64,000 nt of DNA, taken from contig CAZSZB010000002.1 in NCBI GenBank assembly GCA_964611205.1, positions 10,609 through 74,608 of the forward strand. Direction: 5' to 3'. Source of the DNA: an uncultured Candidatus Saccharibacteria bacterium. Lineage in GTDB: Bacteria > Patescibacteriota > Minisyncoccia > Phycocordibacterales > UBA918. Positions 20,055 to 30,023 of this stretch are shown piece by piece. A program made the position numbers and the translations under genes. Numbering within the stretch: the first letter of the stretch is position 1; every line of letters begins with the position of its first letter. The notes under the pieces are model-generated. The model did not search any database. It saw only the letters and a list, made by a program, of their open reading frames with translations, and was not told the origin of the DNA.

Positions 20055-20468
20055 TTAAACTACTGGATGAAAGAAACCTATTTTGAAAAACCACATAGCA
20101 GCAAACATAAAGATGACTGACAAAATAAAAGAAACTACACATATTTCCAAAATAATTCCATAACTAATATGCCTATTGCCACGAGCTCTAGTAACAGTTA
20201 ACGACTTTGGTGGTATATCCATTTCAATTCCCAATAATTCATTTATGTCAGATGGGCTGAGTTTTGCTTTACCACGAAATAAGTTCTGCACTGCATCAAC
20301 ACGTTTTTCGTGAGTCTTTATGTTCTCACGCCACACGACTAAAGCCGACTGGACGTCACCATTCTTCCAGTTGGCTTTTAAAAGAGCGGACTTAATTTCC
20401 TCATCATCGGCAGTTGGCGAGACTCCTTGTTCTACTAAAATTTTCTCTAGTACTTCTTTAGTAATCAT
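20055..20468 (-). CDS. hypothetical protein with a C-terminal TM helix
   Basis: 137 aa ORF overlapping the upstream AI-2E transporter gene by 4 nt. Likely co-transcribed. Confidence 0.4.
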   Translation of the reverse strand: MITKEVLEKILVEQGVSPTADDEEIKSALLKANWKNGDVQSALVVWRENIKTHEKRVDAVQNLFRGKAKLSPSDINELLGIEMDIPPKSLTVTRARGNRHISYGIILEICVVSFILSVIFMFAAMWFFKIGFFHPVV

Positions 20469-21505
20469 GTTTGATTCTCATTTGTGGCCGCCGATATATG
20501 AGTGGCATAAATTTCCAACAAGACCACAAACAAGCTTAATATCACCGGTCCAACTATAAATCCAACTGGTCCAAAAACAGAAATACCTCCCAACACAGAT
20601 AACAGAATCAAAAATGGGTGTAATTTATTACCGCGACTTATCAAATACGGCCCAAGCAGGTTATCAATCAAACCGACAGCAAGTGACGCCCAGACAGTTA
20701 GACCAATGGCATTCACATATTCTCCTAAAACAATTAGATATATAATCGATGGTACCAAAACAATTGATGTACCGACGCTCGGAATCAAAGCTCCAAAAGC
20801 AGCCATGGTTCCCCATAAGATAGCTCTGTCGAAACCAAAGACATAAAGACCAATAGCCGTTAACACTCCTTGTATCAAGGCTATAGATACTACCCCAGTT
20901 AAAACCGATCGTACTGAAGTCGCCATTCTTCTAAGAATTATTTCATCATCTCCGTCTGGCAGTGGACTGATAGCTACTAGCTTCTTTGTGAAGTCTTTAC
21001 CATCACGGAACAGATAAAACGATCCTATAAAGGCGATAAAGAAAAGGAAAACAGTCGTAGCCGTACCAGCAAAAAAGGCACCTAAGTTTCCAGCCGCCCA
21101 AGCGGTCGCCTGTCTGATGTATTCAGTAAAGTTAAATTCAAAACCAGGAATAATATTTTGAGCAGTTTCTTCGAAGGCATTTATGCTTTCTTCAAATCCT
21201 ATCTGTTGATTTCCGGCTAGGTTATATAGAGAAACAGCTTCGTTAATAAGAGAAGATAAAATAAAAGAAAGTGGGATTACCACGATGACGATAACAATAC
21301 AGGTTGTAAAAAAAGCTGCTAAAGACCTGTTTTGTCTAGGCATTTTAGTAGTAATCTTTTCATAAAGAGGATAACTGACAGTCACGATAATAGCAGCTAA
21401 GGCTAAGGCTGACACAAATGGAGCCATCATTTTCCAAACTAAAAATCCTACTACGGCCATAAAGCCATAGAAGAAAACATACTCCACAATTCTATTAGTT
21501 AACAT
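20465..21505 (-). CDS. AI-2E family transporter (UPF0118/PerM-like)
   Basis: 346 aa. About 8 TM helices. Characteristic AI-2E organisation and conserved Gly/Pro-rich C-terminal TM region. Confidence 0.65.
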   Translation of the reverse strand: MLTNRIVEYVFFYGFMAVVGFLVWKMMAPFVSALALAAIIVTVSYPLYEKITTKMPRQNRSLAAFFTTCIVIVIVVIPLSFILSSLINEAVSLYNLAGNQQIGFEESINAFEETAQNIIPGFEFNFTEYIRQATAWAAGNLGAFFAGTATTVFLFFIAFIGSFYLFRDGKDFTKKLVAISPLPDGDDEIILRRMATSVRSVLTGVVSIALIQGVLTAIGLYVFGFDRAILWGTMAAFGALIPSVGTSIVLVPSIIYLIVLGEYVNAIGLTVWASLAVGLIDNLLGPYLISRGNKLHPFLILLSVLGGISVFGPVGFIVGPVILSLFVVLLEIYATHISAATNENQT

Positions 21506-21918
21506 ATGTAATATTGTAGCAAACTATCTTTATTAATAAAACGAACAAAGACCCAGCAAAGCTAGGTCCTTTGTCATCTATCTAAGGATTAAGAGTGCTT
21601 ATCTGCACTTCTGTAACTAAGGCGGCTGTCTGCAATGTATTGAAAGTTGCTACTGTTGCTGACTCAAAAGCGACAAAAGCATCATTCAGCAAAACTGACA
21701 AACCATAGATAATGATGATAAATCCAATGGCTCTAAACATATTTGTTTAAAATTACTTCCCATTGACCCAGACACGACTAATATCAGGGGAATCTAAACG
21801 ACTCAAGGGAACCTTGGTGACGAACAACTTAACTACCAAAAATATAACACAAATTATTGAAATTGGAAGATTCTATAAAACACCGGGCAGTGCCATGTTC
21901 AATGAACCTAATCTATCG

Positions 21919-22944
21919 TTATTTTAGAGTCTGCTTAATATCTTCGATTTCTTTACCTATCAAGGTTTCCGAAACAGCTAAAGTCTTATTTAGGTTAGAT
22001 ATGACTTCTTTTTCCTTTTTAGTTAACCTGGGTTTTTTATCAAGAGTGTCTATTTGTTCGTAAATCTCATCTCGTAGAGCGGTGAAGATTTTTTGCATTT
22101 GCTCCTGCACTTCCCATGTCTCATTCATTACTTCAATTTTCTGCCTAGCCTGTTCACGTAAGTTATAGATAAGATAGAAAAATAAAACTAGAATCACTAA
22201 GACTAGATTTACAATCAACCAATTGATCCCCAGTGGTGGAGCAATATTAGTATTGCTGGCATTCGTATTTGTAGTATCTGTAAAATTTAAAAGCAAAGGG
22301 ACAATACTGTTGGTTTTATTTCCCGCTTTATCTACTGCAACCACTCTCACAATATGTGATCCTAAAGATACATTATCTAGACTGTAACCTAATTGGGCTT
22401 CTTCTGGAGATATGATGACGGTCTTATGGCCAGAGATGGTGACTTCATAATAATCTATCCCCGACATAGTGTCAGTTGCTTCAAAATATAAAGTTGGTTT
22501 TTCACCTGCTGCATCACTAACTAAACGATGTAAAAATGGCAGTGGTGGAGTATTGTCTATCAGTAATTTCTGACTAGCTACTTCTCCCCACCCTTCATCA
22601 TTTTTAAACTGAACATTCAAAAACCAAGTTCCGTCTTCTAAGTCACTAGTATCTAAAACAAACTCCGAAATTGGAGGCCGAAAAGATGTCATCGGTTCTG
22701 TATCAGATGAAGTTGCTACATCAACGGCTACTGCTACAACATCTTCTGGTAGATCCCAGACAAAAGAATAGGATTTGGCTTCTGGCCAAGAGTTCTTACT
22801 CACTGTTTCCGTCGGTTTTATGACTGGGGTATTGTCAGCAGTAGCTGTATTAAAGAAAATAAAAAAACTCAATGACAAAAACACTGTCATGAGCAACAGA
22901 CGAATAAAACCAAAATAGAATGAACGTAAGGAAGGAACTAACAT
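21919..22944 (-). CDS. hypothetical type-I membrane protein with a cytoplasmic coiled-coil tail
   Basis: 341 aa. Signal peptide. Extracellular beta-rich region. Single TM near residue 240. Charged coiled-coil C-terminus. Confidence 0.4.
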   Translation of the reverse strand: MLVPSLRSFYFGFIRLLLMTVFLSLSFFIFFNTATADNTPVIKPTETVSKNSWPEAKSYSFVWDLPEDVVAVAVDVATSSDTEPMTSFRPPISEFVLDTSDLEDGTWFLNVQFKNDEGWGEVASQKLLIDNTPPLPFLHRLVSDAAGEKPTLYFEATDTMSGIDYYEVTISGHKTVIISPEEAQLGYSLDNVSLGSHIVRVVAVDKAGNKTNSIVPLLLNFTDTTNTNASNTNIAPPLGINWLIVNLVLVILVLFFYLIYNLREQARQKIEVMNETWEVQEQMQKIFTALRDEIYEQIDTLDKKPRLTKKEKEVISNLNKTLAVSETLIGKEIEDIKQTLK

Positions 22945-23003
22945 ATAACTTACATTAACATTATGACATATAAATTAATCAATGTTGTCCAGTTATATCC
23001 ACT

Positions 23004-23405
23004 TTAATCAAATAACAAAGGCAGGCTTAGAATGAGAATTCCATCTTTTAATTTAGCTTGTGCCTGATCAACATCAACCCTGGCTGGTAAAAAAATCTTT
23101 CTTTTAAAATTACCCCAGACACATTCTTCAGTACAAAAATCACCATCTTTTTCTACCTGAGCAATCAAATGTTCTGGTCGTAATCGCTTACCTCTTATTA
23201 TTAAAATATCTGCCTCTCCTTCCACTGACACGTCTATGCTAGACATATTAGCTCCTGCCACCTGAGCGTAGACAATTATGCTATCGGACGCTTGAAAGAC
23301 ATCAACATTAAGACGGGCCAAACTTGGCACAGGAATGCTTTCTTCTGATATTAAATCATTTTTAGTCTGTTCTTTTTTCTTTCTATTTTTTCTAAAAAAA
23401 GACAT
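23004..23405 (-). CDS. Hsp20/alpha-crystallin family small heat-shock protein
   Basis: 133 aa. Alpha-crystallin-domain pattern (..VDVFQ.SDSIIVYAQV.G......V.VEG..L.I.G.R...). Confidence 0.6.
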   Translation of the reverse strand: MSFFRKNRKKKEQTKNDLISEESIPVPSLARLNVDVFQASDSIIVYAQVAGANMSSIDVSVEGEADILIIRGKRLRPEHLIAQVEKDGDFCTEECVWGNFKRKIFLPARVDVDQAQAKLKDGILILSLPLLFD

Positions 23406-23514
23406 GTCTAATCATTCTACCTGATTAATCCTATATATTTATTTATCTTATGCACAAAGACAGCTTATTAGAGACGGTATACACTAATACGACATAAGAG
23501 ACTGTCCCTTTGCC

Positions 23515-24765
23515 CTATTTTGCTACTACCCTGGGGATATCTATCCACACCGTCGTGTAGTGAGGGGAACGTAATTTAGTACTTGTATTAGGCCCGCTTT
23601 TTAAAACCACTCCCTGTCTTAAGGTACCGGCGCCAAAACGGTTGTTCAGTTGGTCACGTATTTTATCTAATTCATCGGATTTTTCCTCAGTAGAGGTAAA
23701 CAAAGTCACGGGTAACATATCTTCTGGGATAAGACCGGAAACTGTTATCCCGACTTTTTTGTAAGGAGTGGTTGCTTCATAAATTTCAGACAATCCTTTA
23801 AGGGCTAATTTGGTCAGCTCGATCGTATCATTCGTAGGTCTCTCTAAAACTATATTACTCGTACTCTTCTTTAAGTTGAAATCACTGTGACGACTAGCTC
23901 TGGCTAAGATATTTATGTTCCCAGCTAATAATTTTTTTGTTCGTAATTTTTTTGCTACTTCTGACACATGAAAAACAAGAGCACTTTCTAAACCTTTCTT
24001 CTCTTTAATAATTTTTGAAAATGACCTTGTGCTAGCAATACTCTTATTTGGCTCTCGACTATTAACCCCTATTTTATGAACACTAATGCCGAGTAATTCA
24101 TCTTGAATACGACGACCACTAATACCAAAATTATATGCTACAAAAGACTTTTCCAAATTCATAAAATCAGCAGCCGTAGTGATATTGTTTGTTCGTAACT
24201 TAGCTGTCATGGCCGGACCTAGATTCCATACTTCTTGACAGAGATAGTCGCTAGCTAATTTATTCCACTTCTCTTCATTAAGTAAACAAACTCCCGTTGT
24301 ATTTTTTTTGCCCAGACTGCTACCAATTTTTGCTAAAGTTTTAGTTTTTGCCGCACCGATAGAAACTGGAATTCCTACACTTTTTATAATTCTTTGTCGT
24401 AAGGACATTAGGTCTTTTTCTGAGATATTGTTTGTTAAGGTAAAAAAAGCCTCATCAACAGAATAAATTTCGCATTCCCCTACTTCGTCAGCCAAAACTC
24501 TCATTACTCGTCTGGAAATATCTCTATATAAGGAAAAATTAGTTGAAAAGAAAGTCACTCCACTCATATCGACTAATTTTTTGGCTTGGAAAAGCGGAAT
24601 ACCCATCGGTACTCCCATAGCTTTAACTTCATTGCTGCGAGCAACTATAACCCCATCATTACCGGAAAGTACCACTACTGGCTTATGTTCCAGATCTGGA
24701 CGAAAAAGCCGTTCACACGAAACGAAGAAGTTATTACAATCCATTAAACCTATCATTATCAACAT
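23515..24765 (-). CDS. umuC: Y-family DNA polymerase, UmuC-like (translesion synthesis)
   Basis: 416 aa. N-terminus closely resembles UmuC (DCNNFFVSCERLFRPDL..KPVVVLSGNDG.IVARS.E.KA.GV.MG.P; IYSVDEAF). Confidence 0.8.
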   Translation of the reverse strand: MLIMIGLMDCNNFFVSCERLFRPDLEHKPVVVLSGNDGVIVARSNEVKAMGVPMGIPLFQAKKLVDMSGVTFFSTNFSLYRDISRRVMRVLADEVGECEIYSVDEAFFTLTNNISEKDLMSLRQRIIKSVGIPVSIGAAKTKTLAKIGSSLGKKNTTGVCLLNEEKWNKLASDYLCQEVWNLGPAMTAKLRTNNITTAADFMNLEKSFVAYNFGISGRRIQDELLGISVHKIGVNSREPNKSIASTRSFSKIIKEKKGLESALVFHVSEVAKKLRTKKLLAGNINILARASRHSDFNLKKSTSNIVLERPTNDTIELTKLALKGLSEIYEATTPYKKVGITVSGLIPEDMLPVTLFTSTEEKSDELDKIRDQLNNRFGAGTLRQGVVLKSGPNTSTKLRSPHYTTVWIDIPRVVAK

Positions 24766-24859
24766 TTTACCATTCTTAGATTTCTAAATGTAAGGATTTT
24801 ATAATTAGTACGTCACCACTTAATGAGAGAATTACTAGATAATTTAAAATAAAATAAAT

Positions 24860-25114
24860 ATGAGTATGCGTAAATTAAGTTTACCTGCTGCGATTTGTGC
24901 TATTGGATTATCAGTAACAATGTTTCTACCAACCATAACTAATGCTTCTTACACGGAAGGTTTCAGTCAAAATAGACTGGAGGAACAAAAAAGGATAGTG
25001 CTATTAGAAATGGTAGATGTATTAGAGGAGGAGGTAAAATTATTACAGATGAATCTAATTAACCACCTAGTCTATCGAGTCGAACAACTTGAAAAGCAAA
25101 TAGCAGCGAAGTAA
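24860..25114 (+). CDS. small secreted protein with a signal peptide and coiled coil
   Basis: 84 aa ORF. Hydrophobic N-terminus. Followed directly by a strong hairpin terminator. Confidence 0.4.
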   Translation: MSMRKLSLPAAICAIGLSVTMFLPTITNASYTEGFSQNRLEEQKRIVLLEMVDVLEEEVKLLQMNLINHLVYRVEQLEKQIAAK

Positions 25115-25150
25115 AAAATAGCCGGCACCCATTGGGTGCCGGCTATTTTT
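25113..25150. terminator. bidirectional rho-independent terminator
   Basis: AAAAAATAGCCGGCACCC-ATT-GGGTGCCGGCTATTTTT. An 11 bp GC-rich stem flanked by an A-run and a T-run. Lies between convergent genes. Confidence 0.8.
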
Positions 25151-25161
25151 AACTAAATTTC

Positions 25162-26391
25162 TTAAAATAGTTTCCAAATATTTTTATCTTCTGAACCGTC
25201 TAGCTTAAAGAAAGCTACTCCTTTGAGACCATACTTTTTAGCTAGATCTACTTTATCTTTAGCAGCCTTAGAATCGCTAACCTCCACATAACGAACTGGT
25301 ATCTCAACTCCAGCGTAAGTAGCTACCAAAAGTGCCTTAGCGGCGGCTTCGTAACCTTTAGGTGTACCTTCAGGTGTTGGTAGTTGGTTAAAAATCTTCC
25401 ATACTGAATCTTCTGGGAAATATGTGATGACCGCTTCTCCGCCTTGGCTACGACCGATTTTAAGATCATATTTTTCAGCTAGCTCAGGTATTCGAGAGTA
25501 ATTCAAACTAGCTACTCTTTTATAATCTCGATACCAATCAGCCGCTACAGTTACATCATATGCTCGACCGTATGTAGGGATACCTAACATTATTTTATCC
25601 TTATCTATACCTTCAAGAGCAAACTCTAAAACATGCTCTACCCAGTCAATATCAGCTACTGGACTATAAGGAACACCCTGACGTTTTTTGTTAAATACTA
25701 TATCGGCTCTTTGCTGATCATAAGCCATTATTTCTATAATATCGCAATGACGATTTATCGCTTCGTAATCATTGGCGTACTTGATCTCAGCCGGAATCTC
25801 TAACCAGCGATGCTCTGGGCGCATTCTTGCCTCAATTGTACAAGCCAAACTAGCTCGACCTAATTCGTCATCTAACTCTTTTAGAAACTCAGAAAAATAA
25901 TCTTTAGTTTCTGACCATTTTTCTTCAAAGTCGATATCAATACCGGCATAATTGTTATCTGTAACAAGCTCTCCGATATCTTTTACTAATCTCTGTCGCT
26001 GCACCTCATCTGAAAGTACTGCATGAATACCCTCTCCATTAAACCAAGCAATGGTTGGAATCACCTCTACTTTATTCTTTTTAGCTTTCTTTATAAGATC
26101 CTTCCAGACTCCTTTTTTAAGATCCGCTTTAGCAACAATCTTTCCACCTTCTTCGACTTCATAAACAAAAGGATAAATGACATCTAACTCATCTACTTGT
26201 TTGGCCACTTTTCTTACTCCATCGTCCTCAGTCCACCACGGAATCCAACCGGCTACATCTCCCTGATAACTAGCTTCGACCAAAGTTGTTGTACCCAACA
26301 TAATGAAACAGCTAACAACTACTAGCTGTATACTTTTGAAAATCTTTTTATTCATACTGTTGATGACGTACGTATTCAACTTCTCTTTCAA
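25162..26391 (-). CDS. glycoside hydrolase family 18 (chitinase-like) protein, secreted
   Basis: 409 aa. Signal/TM N-terminus. GH18 catalytic motif DGIDIDFE (DxxDxDxE). Confidence 0.7.
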   Translation of the reverse strand: MKEKLNTYVINSMNKKIFKSIQLVVVSCFIMLGTTTLVEASYQGDVAGWIPWWTEDDGVRKVAKQVDELDVIYPFVYEVEEGGKIVAKADLKKGVWKDLIKKAKKNKVEVIPTIAWFNGEGIHAVLSDEVQRQRLVKDIGELVTDNNYAGIDIDFEEKWSETKDYFSEFLKELDDELGRASLACTIEARMRPEHRWLEIPAEIKYANDYEAINRHCDIIEIMAYDQQRADIVFNKKRQGVPYSPVADIDWVEHVLEFALEGIDKDKIMLGIPTYGRAYDVTVAADWYRDYKRVASLNYSRIPELAEKYDLKIGRSQGGEAVITYFPEDSVWKIFNQLPTPEGTPKGYEAAAKALLVATYAGVEIPVRYVEVSDSKAAKDKVDLAKKYGLKGVAFFKLDGSEDKNIWKLF

Positions 26392-26415
26392 GAATGCAAT
26401 TTCAGGCCTAAATAT

Positions 26416-27141
26416 ATGATAAAATTACAATTTATGAAGGATAAACGAATATTTTACGGGATTTTATTTACTATTACAGTAACAATCGCAATTATTATCT
26501 TTGCCCTTTACAATGAGGGAGTTTTTTTAAACAAAACCTATCACAATCAACTTTTAGACTACGACATCACCATCCCTAGAGGATACAGGCTGGGAATCGA
26601 ATATATGGCATTTTTAGCTACTTTGGATGATAGGCCATTACGTATAAATACCAATACTTATTTCGATCCTAATACTGCTGAATTAGTGGTTTTAACCAGA
26701 CAGAGTAAAAGCCAAGAAAAAACAAATGTCAGTCGTCTAGATAGTCGCCGCGTCACTAGCCTTGAGCAGGTTTGTGATTGTATTGTGCTGTCACCTATTT
26801 TCAAACCCCAGCAAATCACAGAGATGATAGATGATAAAGAACTTACCAAAGGCTTAAAAACTAAAGCTGGTGAAATAACCTACGCAAACGGTAAAACTAC
26901 CAATATCTACCACTGGAAGCTAGCTACCATCGCTGTTAATGACACTACTCAAGCAGCTACACCAATCAAGGCTGTGAGAGCAGTGTCAGATATTTACTTT
27001 CGAGAACCTCGATCTTTTGCTTTTGATAATGAGTACACCATTAATTACCAGTTAGACGTCTACGGTCTCCAACTAACTAGTTTTGTCCAAAATAATAATT
27101 CTTCTCCTTTCCAAAAAATAGCTCGAGCTATTACTTTCTAA
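26416..27141 (+). CDS. hypothetical membrane-anchored protein
   Basis: 241 aa. N-terminal TM helix. No recognisable domain. Confidence 0.4.
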   Translation: MIKLQFMKDKRIFYGILFTITVTIAIIIFALYNEGVFLNKTYHNQLLDYDITIPRGYRLGIEYMAFLATLDDRPLRINTNTYFDPNTAELVVLTRQSKSQEKTNVSRLDSRRVTSLEQVCDCIVLSPIFKPQQITEMIDDKELTKGLKTKAGEITYANGKTTNIYHWKLATIAVNDTTQAATPIKAVRAVSDIYFREPRSFAFDNEYTINYQLDVYGLQLTSFVQNNNSSPFQKIARAITF

Positions 27142-27146
27142 AATTT

Positions 27147-27596
27147 TTAGCGACTAAACTGACGGACACTGCCCACTACCACTCCCCAGATAGTACAATC
27201 TTCATCCTCAGAGATCTTAATCGGTAGATAATTTACATTTTCTGATACCAGTAAACCTTCTTTACCCGCTGCAACTCGTAGGCGCTTAACCACCATCTCA
27301 CCGTTGACCGCCGCCACAACAATATCATTGTTCACAGCTTCTATTCCTCGATCAATCACCAGAACATCACCTGAAAAAATGCCGGCGCCTTCCATCGAAT
27401 CTCCTTCTACTCTAACAAAAAAAGTCGTAGCCGGATTTTTTACCACCAAATCGTTGATATCTAAAACGTTTTCTACCTGATCATCACCCGGAGACGGAAA
27501 ACCGGCGGCCGGACGTGAAGCATACATAGGTCTAGCATTCTTTTTATTAGTCTTGGCTTTTCTGATATCTTTCACAGTTGTCTCACTTTTAATCAT
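27147..27596 (-). CDS. umuD: UmuD-like S24 peptidase (SOS mutagenesis protein; LexA C-terminal-domain fold)
   Basis: 149 aa. AG cleavage site before GFPSPGDD. GDSM Ser nucleophile. VVKRL Lys. Alignable with E. coli UmuD. No HTH domain. Confidence 0.75.
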   Translation of the reverse strand: MIKSETTVKDIRKAKTNKKNARPMYASRPAAGFPSPGDDQVENVLDINDLVVKNPATTFFVRVEGDSMEGAGIFSGDVLVIDRGIEAVNNDIVVAAVNGEMVVKRLRVAAGKEGLLVSENVNYLPIKISEDEDCTIWGVVVGSVRQFSR

Positions 27597-27675
27597 CCAT
27601 CAATTATAACTTTCTCCGCAATCAAAACAAAAGACTAAACACTCTGTGTTTAGTCTTTTGTAGTAATTATTCTTG

Positions 27676-28734
27676 CTAAATTATCGTTGCCCCAGCAGTC
27701 ACTAGGATATGAATCTGATAAAGTCCCGCCATCATTATTAGTAAGACAAAACTGTAGGCAACCTGAATTGGATTTTGGTATTTAATATCAATCAAAATAG
27801 ATAATAATAGCGAACCTACTACAAACAAAGCAATTACAAGATATAAAATTTGTAGGATTGATCGTGGGCTAGTCGCCAATTTGCTAAGAACATTCGCTTC
27901 TCTGACTGTTTCTCTGGGTTGATTGTCAGCACTAATTGAAGCCGGAACTCCACCAGTAGAGGTGGAAATATGATTCGAGTAGACCGCCACCTGATTGCCT
28001 GAAACATCGATATTTTCAACCGCTGTTGTGTTTACTGATTCTGACAAAACTTCACTCTGTAAATTATTAGTCAAACTTACTTCCCCACCGTTATTCGATT
28101 CGCCTAGGGAAGCTAAAGAGTCATCAGTTCTAGCTGGAATTATTTTTTTAGTTACCTTATCCGTTAAATTTATTCCCGGGGTACCAAACATTTGCACCAC
28201 ATATACTGTTGGATAACCATCGTAGACTCCTTTGGCAGTTCCTACACCAATCTCAGTATATTTGCCGTCCATTATGTTGGCCCGATGAGTCGGAGAATCC
28301 ATCCATGCTTTTACAACAGCATCTGAATCATTGAAATGTATTGCTAGGTTTTCTCCAGCGTGTACAAAATTATATTGCACGTCGTTAAACCAATACCAAG
28401 GAGAGACGCCAGTTGGGCTGAAGTGAGCAAAATACTCATGTTCAGCCATATCTTCTGCTTTGCGAGTGGCTGCCAAATCTAAAGTAGGATTCCTTTTTAG
28501 ATAACTTAGAGAATCTGAAGCTCTCTCTTGGTTAGTCAGATCAACAATTACTGCCGGTAACACTGTCGATACCAGCCAATCCGAGCTAACCCACAGCAGA
28601 GATTGAATATTTATAAAAGCAAACGATAATAAGACCAAAGCAAACATGCCTACCATGGCTGCTTTTTGTAGACTATGAGGAGAATAATCGTTCCCTTCGT
28701 GTGGAATAAAGCAATCTTTCAGGCTCCTTTTCAT
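27676..28734 (-). CDS. CAP/SCP-domain (YkwD-like) protein with N- and C-terminal TM segments
   Basis: 352 aa. CAP-domain motifs (..HEYFAHFSP.G.., ..GENLA....D.D..VKAWMDSP.HR.NI..). Confidence 0.6.
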   Translation of the reverse strand: MKRSLKDCFIPHEGNDYSPHSLQKAAMVGMFALVLLSFAFINIQSLLWVSSDWLVSTVLPAVIVDLTNQERASDSLSYLKRNPTLDLAATRKAEDMAEHEYFAHFSPTGVSPWYWFNDVQYNFVHAGENLAIHFNDSDAVVKAWMDSPTHRANIMDGKYTEIGVGTAKGVYDGYPTVYVVQMFGTPGINLTDKVTKKIIPARTDDSLASLGESNNGGEVSLTNNLQSEVLSESVNTTAVENIDVSGNQVAVYSNHISTSTGGVPASISADNQPRETVREANVLSKLATSPRSILQILYLVIALFVVGSLLLSILIDIKYQNPIQVAYSFVLLIMMAGLYQIHILVTAGATII

Positions 28735-28752
28735 TAAGATTATTATACAACA

Positions 28753-30006
28753 TCAAACTGACTCTCCAGCCACCCGTCCACTGGTCCAACATAACTGGAG
28801 TGAGTATCCTCCACTCGGACGATTAACATGTAAAACATCTCCAATTAAGAAAAGATTATCCACTTTCTTTGAGCGCATAGTCTTGGTATCTATCTCTTTA
28901 AGATCTACTCCACCATCAGATATCACCGCCCAGTCCATCCCCATGGTACCGGTTATAGTAAGCGGCATAGCTTTAATAAGGTCAGCCAAAGCGTAACGTG
29001 CTTCGCGCGACACACTATGGACCTTTTCTTCAAGTAATTCCGGTTCGAGATGGCTACCTACTGCCTCGCTCATACCATGGGGGACAAACTCTTTCAAAAC
29101 ATTTTTAAAAGTTTTATTTTTATTTTGTTCAAATACTCGTAGGATTTTATCTCGCAAAGACCCAACCTCCGTATCAGGATACATATCAATAGTAGCTAAT
29201 ATCGGGCCACCTTTTAATATTTTTTTTACTTCATGGGCAGCGTTAAGAATAAGTGGTCCAGACAAACCAAAATGAGTAAAAAGAATTTTACCTACTTTAG
29301 AAAACCGACCTTGTTCTTTGCTTAAGTCACTACCAAAAGTAATCTTCATAAACGACAAGGTTGTACCTGAAAGCTCTTTAACCCAATCGTCAGCTACAAC
29401 CAAAGGAACAATGTTGGGATTAGGTTCATGTACTGTATGTCCAAATTGTTTTAACCAGTTAATCCCCTCACCGGTCGACCCTGTTTCACTACGCGATGAT
29501 CCACCAGTAGCCAAAATGAAGTTGTTACCACGCAACACTCCATCATTGGTTCTGATAGCTATTAGCTTACCGTTTTCTGTTACAAAATCCTGAACTTTTG
29601 TCTTCAGTTTTAATTCCACATTGTTATCAGTACAGAATTTCCGCATAAAAGCTGTAACGTCTTCTGCATTTTGACTAACGGGAAAGACTCGGTTCCTAGC
29701 TTCAACTGTTAAGGATAAGCCCTCCTCTTCGAAAAAATCCCAAGCGTCTTGCATACCAAATTGGGCAAATGGTGAAAATAAGTATTTAGCAGCTTCACCA
29801 TAATTATCTAGTAACTGTCGAGTGTCTTTTTCCGCATTTAAAATATTACAACGACCACCACCCGTTATAGATAGCTTCTTCCCTAAATCTTTATTTTTTT
29901 CGACTAGTAAAACTTTTTTACCTCGACTGGCAGCGGTGCCGGCGGCCATCATTCCTGCTGGACCACCACCAATTACGATGACGTCATACACATGATCACT
30001 TGACAT
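28753..30006 (-). CDS. HI0933/BaiN-family FAD-dependent flavoprotein
   Basis: 417 aa. N-terminal GxGxxG dinucleotide fold (YDVIVIGGGPAGMMAA). HI0933-like conserved blocks (..ITGGGRCN..). Confidence 0.8.
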   Translation of the reverse strand: MSSDHVYDVIVIGGGPAGMMAAGTAASRGKKVLLVEKNKDLGKKLSITGGGRCNILNAEKDTRQLLDNYGEAAKYLFSPFAQFGMQDAWDFFEEEGLSLTVEARNRVFPVSQNAEDVTAFMRKFCTDNNVELKLKTKVQDFVTENGKLIAIRTNDGVLRGNNFILATGGSSRSETGSTGEGINWLKQFGHTVHEPNPNIVPLVVADDWVKELSGTTLSFMKITFGSDLSKEQGRFSKVGKILFTHFGLSGPLILNAAHEVKKILKGGPILATIDMYPDTEVGSLRDKILRVFEQNKNKTFKNVLKEFVPHGMSEAVGSHLEPELLEEKVHSVSREARYALADLIKAMPLTITGTMGMDWAVISDGGVDLKEIDTKTMRSKKVDNLFLIGDVLHVNRPSGGYSLQLCWTSGRVAGESV

Positions 30007-30023
30007 AACGGGGAAATATTAGC

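Noticed and set aside
21581-21741. 52 aa hydrophobic ORF on the minus strand in the 410 nt gap between the AI-2E transporter gene and the 341 aa membrane-protein gene. A similar ~54 aa ORF lies at 61178..61341(-).
   Set aside because: Both are below the ORF-track length threshold and have weak RBS signals. They are plausible small membrane proteins but cannot be supported from sequence alone.
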